DNA of 64,000 bases from Penicillus capitatus (lineage: Eukaryota; Plantae; Chlorophyta). Below, piece by piece: positions 60,050 to 64,000 of this stretch (position 1 is the stretch's first letter; each line of letters starts with the position of its first letter). A program made the translations under genes and the position numbers. Where the stretch lies: assembly GCA_965649825.1 (NCBI GenBank), contig OZ287699.1, positions 186,001 through 250,000 on the forward strand. The letters run 5' to 3'. Below the pieces are notes generated by a model. That model made no database searches and was not told where the DNA came from. It saw nothing but the letters and a program-made list of their open reading frames with translations.

Positions 60050-60342
60050 TGGTGACGGATGGGACAGCCGCTGAGATTTTTGATTAACGACGCATTCGTG
60101 TCCGTTTCATTGAAAGAGCGCGGTCGATTCGGCGCTTTCTTCGTTACTCTTGAATGCCGGCTTTCGTTTTCTGTCTCTCGTCACTCTCATTTCCCCGTTC
60201 ACGCTCTTTCCTCCCCTCTCGGCCGTCGTCGTCTCTTTTTGGTTGCATGTCCGACGGCTTTGCGCCTTTTAAGAAAATCAAATTCTCGTTCCCCATTCGA
60301 AGAGATCACACGTCTTTTACTAGCAGGACCCTTCACGCGACA

Positions 60343-62060
60343 ATGACGGACCAACATATCTCTGGACATATGTATCGAGTAATGGCCTGTCTTTTCATAG
60401 AGGCCAAATGAACTTTTGGACGACGGTTAGGTGCCGGGGTATATGGTATGGGATCACACTTTTCGGGTCCCGTTGAACTGGAGTGAGAAAAATGGAAAGG
60501 AGATTCAGCTATTTGCGAGAGAAGTAGTGTCTCCTGGCAAATCTCACACACAGCAGCCCTATCTACTATACTTGCAAGGCAGAGAATCGCACGCTCGGTG
60601 CAAAAGAGTGAGAATGCAAAGATAGGTGGACCTGGATTTGCGGCAAACTTGCCGATCGATGGAGGATCGTGGCTCAAAACAGCGACCAACTATTTTCGCG
60701 TTATTCTCATGGATCAGCGCGGAACAGGAAAGTAAGAATGCATCGCGTCAAAAGAGTGAGAAATGAGTGATGCTCACAAGACAGATCAACGCCCGTGACA
60801 TGTTGGAATCTAAAGAAGGTGGGCACAGCTGAGGAACAAGCGCATTATTTGAAGCACTTCCGATCCGACAGCATCATCCGCGACGCAGAATTCGTTCGTA
60901 AGACAATCGTGCCACGAACGACGCAGAACGGTCGCTGGAGCATCTTGGGACAATCTTACGGAGGATTCTGCTGCGTTCACTACCTCTCCGCTGCACCAGA
61001 CGGTAAGCCATCGACCGGCGGACACCATCCGTGATGCTGCGGATGGGTACAGCCTTGAGTGAGGTGTTGGTAACGGGAGGCATTCCGCCGGACATCACAC
61101 TGAGCAATTCGGCAGACGCTGTGTACGAACATACCTACGAACGCGTCATCACACAGAATAAGAAATTCTATCAGCGGTACCCAGGTACTGACTGCTCAGG
61201 AGATCGCGATGGGTCGTCTGCTGAGGGCGTATGGGATGGATAGGTGACGTGGAGGTCGTGCAGAAGATTGTACGTCATCTCATGTCTCAGTCAGATGGCT
61301 TCATCTCGTTGCCCTCCGGTTCTCGACTGACACCACGCAGTCTTCAGCTGCTCGGTTGTTTGGGACTGGGGTACGCTGGTGGGTTTGATCGATTGCATTA
61401 TCTATTGGAATCGGCCTTCGATGGCAATCGACTGAGTTATCGCTTTCTTAAGGTCACACGATCTCTCACACCTGTCACATCATGTTCACCATCGCCGAAA
61501 TGTAGAGCTATGAGTCTTGGATGAACTGGGAGACCAATCCGCTGTATGTGCTGTTGCATGAATCGATCTACAGTCAAGGACCGGCGACGCAGTGGGCGGC
61601 GCATCGGGTCAGGGAGAAGAAGTTCAGTGAGACGTTCGACGCCGTCTTGGCCACAAACCAAAATCGCCCAGTGTACTTTACGGGCGAAATGGTCTTTCCT
61701 TGGATGTTTGACGATTTCAAGGAGCTCGCTCCTCTGAGAGACACTGCCAATGCCTTGGCTCAGATAGACACCTGGACACCCCTCTACGACCTCGAGGTTC
61801 TTTCGCAGAACGTCGTCTACGCAGCGTCCGCGACATACTACGAAGTAAATGATCATCGGCGAGAATGTGTGACCTCATCATGTGTGAGATGTCAGGATAT
61901 GTTTGTGGATTTTGATTTGGCGCAGAAATCGGTTCAGCATATCAAAGGACTGCGTCAGTGGATCACGAATGAGTATATGCATTCGGGGCTGCGAGACGAC
62001 GGGAATAAGATTCTCGAGAGGCTTATTGGAATGACACGCGAATCCGTCTTAATACAATGA
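60343..62060 (+). CDS. Proline iminopeptidase (alpha/beta hydrolase, S33)
   Basis: LLYLQ|GGPGF, MDQRGTG, HFRSDSIIRDAE, WSILGQSYGGFC, NPLY.LLHESIY, FTGEMVFPWMF, W.TNEYMHSGLR. Confidence 0.95.
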
Positions 62061-62106
62061 TTCCCCGTTGACACCTGTCACATCATCCGACGCACTTGCC
62101 GGTTCC

Positions 62107-63082
62107 ATGCCGCGTACACGCGAATGGCTGCGCGAGAATGCGGCTGCCGAGAGCACCTACCCAACGATCGAGCACTTTCTGACAGCGCCTGTCGTGGCGG
62201 CAGATGAATGTACGGAGGCGATTCTGAGTGAATTGGAGAGACGTTATGCGGCGCGTTTGATGACGGGAGTCGATCTGGAACGACGCATCCGCCATCCGCT
62301 GCGCCTTTCGACGGGCTGTAATGCCACCAACCGACGGCGCTGGTGCCGAATGTCTTCGTCTTAGGCGACGGGCTGGATGTAGTGCTCGGCGGTGGGTTGG
62401 CCGCCGGCCAAGTGACAGAGATTTACGGCCGCAGCTCGACGGGAAAGACACAATTCTGCCACCTCCGTACGTCCTCTCACTCCGTCGCCTCGCTCAGCGC
62501 GGCACCGTAGTATGCGCAAGGTGTATGTGTGAGGGGAAAAGAGTGATCTATGTGGACACGACGAATGCCTTTACGGCGCAACGGGTCGCGGATTTTGCGC
62601 AGGGCGAAACGCAACGGCTGCATCTGATCGACGTCTTTCGCCTTCATGACGTCTATGCGCTCCATCAGCTCCTCGATCAGCTGACGCTTCGAATCGACGA
62701 TCCGAGCAGATCACGGCCCGTCGTATTCATCGTCGATTCGATTTCGGCCCTGTTGACGACGGTTTCGAATTTTGACTCCCGTCAGAGCATGGCGCTGATC
62801 GAGTGTCTGGGTCGTGCCTTGCGACGTCTGGCCGACGATCACGACATCGCGGTGATGGTGACGAATCATGAAGTTGGTCGAGGAACGCCGAGAACGCATT
62901 CCCAAAGGGCGCCAGAGAATGGAGCGCCGGCGCTTGGTCATGTCTGGCGACACCAGGTCCATCGACGTGTCCACGTGCAGACGCGCAGCCAAAACTGGCA
63001 GTCGATTGAATGCGAATCCAGTCTCTCCTACATCCGTCTCGACAAAGACACCATCATGACAGTAAACGAATCCTCCGCTTGA
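62107..63082 (+). CDS. RAD51D: RAD51 paralog, most like RAD51D
   Basis: LSTGC..LD..LGGGL..GQVTEIYGRSSTGKTQFC, VIYVDTTNAF, Walker B IVDSISALL, VMVTNH, PALG..W. Confidence 0.85.
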
Positions 63083-63399
63083 GCAGATCTCGATGGCGAC
63101 CGCAACTCGATCGTCGCGAAAGCCGAAGATAAAAAAACGCAAATCGATCGATTGTCATCACAGACGTCATACAATTTGGCAAAACTGTCAAGAACCTGTC
63201 GCACGGTTGTTTTTCTTGTACTTGATAGTACCCGCCCACCCTTTGCTTGCCGTCGCCGGCATGCCGGTGCGCGTCCCGTTGTCGAATGTCAGCGTCGTCG
63301 ACAAACACAGCGAGCGCTTCACGAAGATTGACTCTTTAACGTAAAGCGCTGCGGGATTTTCCCCAACAGACGCGACTGGACACCTTCCATTTCGTTCTC

Positions 63400-64000
63400 C
63401 CGTTCCGCCAACGCCTTTATCGTACGACCTCTTCTCGGCGCATCGCTATCGAACGTCGCAGTCGGGAAAGCGTCTCTCGGACCAAGCGTGGCAAGGTCAT
63501 GGAAGAATTTCTCCGCGACGTGCGTCGTCTGGCGCAATCTGCTTACACCAAGCTCCACATGTTCTTAAAAGGGGCCAATCCTGTCGCCCTTCAACTGACA
63601 GGTGGACTTCGAGAGGGATCGGTGAAGGAATGGTCGCTTGTGCCGTCACAGGTCTGCTGGGAATCGCTGCCGTTTTGGCCGGCGTCTATCATTTTCGTGC
63701 ACTACGACGGAGAAATCGCGGCAATATCCACAACCGACCTCCTCGGGAAACATGGAATCCGAACCCCAGACGTCACATCACCATGACATCTCCCTCTGAT
63801 CTGCTTCAACGAATGTGTCCTGTACAGTGTCGGGCGCGGCAAAGCCCGGATCGGGATTCGGCGGCGTGGGGTCGGAATCGGCCCCCGTTCGTTTGTGTGA
63901 CCTGACAAGCCATCTCCCTGGCATCAAGACTATTACCATCTCCGCTCCGGGCGTTCTCTTAGAGGAATGGGATCCTGAGAAGATCGAAGAGGGTGCCAAT
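63400..64000 (+). CDS. Partial multi-exon hypothetical gene running off the right edge
   Basis: Short GT-AG introns join ...HYDGEIAAISTTDLLGKHG..|SVGRGKARIGIRR|HLPGIKTITISAPGVLLEEWDPEK. Start unknown. Confidence 0.45.

Noticed and set aside
1-64000. rRNA, tRNA or snoRNA genes
   Set aside because: No cloverleaf, rRNA-like or convincing box C/D-H/ACA structure recognised. A covariance-model scan (tRNAscan-SE, Infernal) would be needed to exclude them.

Overview
Eukaryotic nuclear DNA from a green alga. It carries a nuclear PsaE and a plastid-targeted starch synthase, uses the standard genetic code, and has dense, very short (about 45-60 nt) GT/GC-AG introns. An ulvophyte-like source is an inference only. 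The window has two halves. (1) About 1-33 kb is an accessory, immune-like locus made of an imperfectly repeated cassette: [unannotated family X] - [signal peptide + trypsin-like protease or pseudoprotease + Lys/Glu-rich linker + ankyrin repeats] - [MATH-MATH protein with or without an MDM2-type RING]. There are 4 protease-ANK, 4 X and 4 MATH-MATH copies here, and a fifth MATH-MATH gene at 52 kb. The locus shows catalytic Ser loss in two proteases, RING decay, a recent 488-bp homogenised tract, premature stops, and an LTR plus LINE insertion. (2) About 34-64 kb is a compact block of mostly conserved genes: starch synthase, CLP1, GT90, trehalase, a PMP-repeat membrane protein, a pseudokinase, a solo gag-like ORF, PsaE, an Ala-rich secreted protein, proline iminopeptidase and RAD51D. 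Two 8-mers (AGAGTGAG/CTCACTCT and GATGTGAC/GTCACATC) recur in both orientations far above chance, often in introns. All gene models were spliced by eye, so boundaries are approximate. No rRNA, tRNA or CRISPR array was seen.
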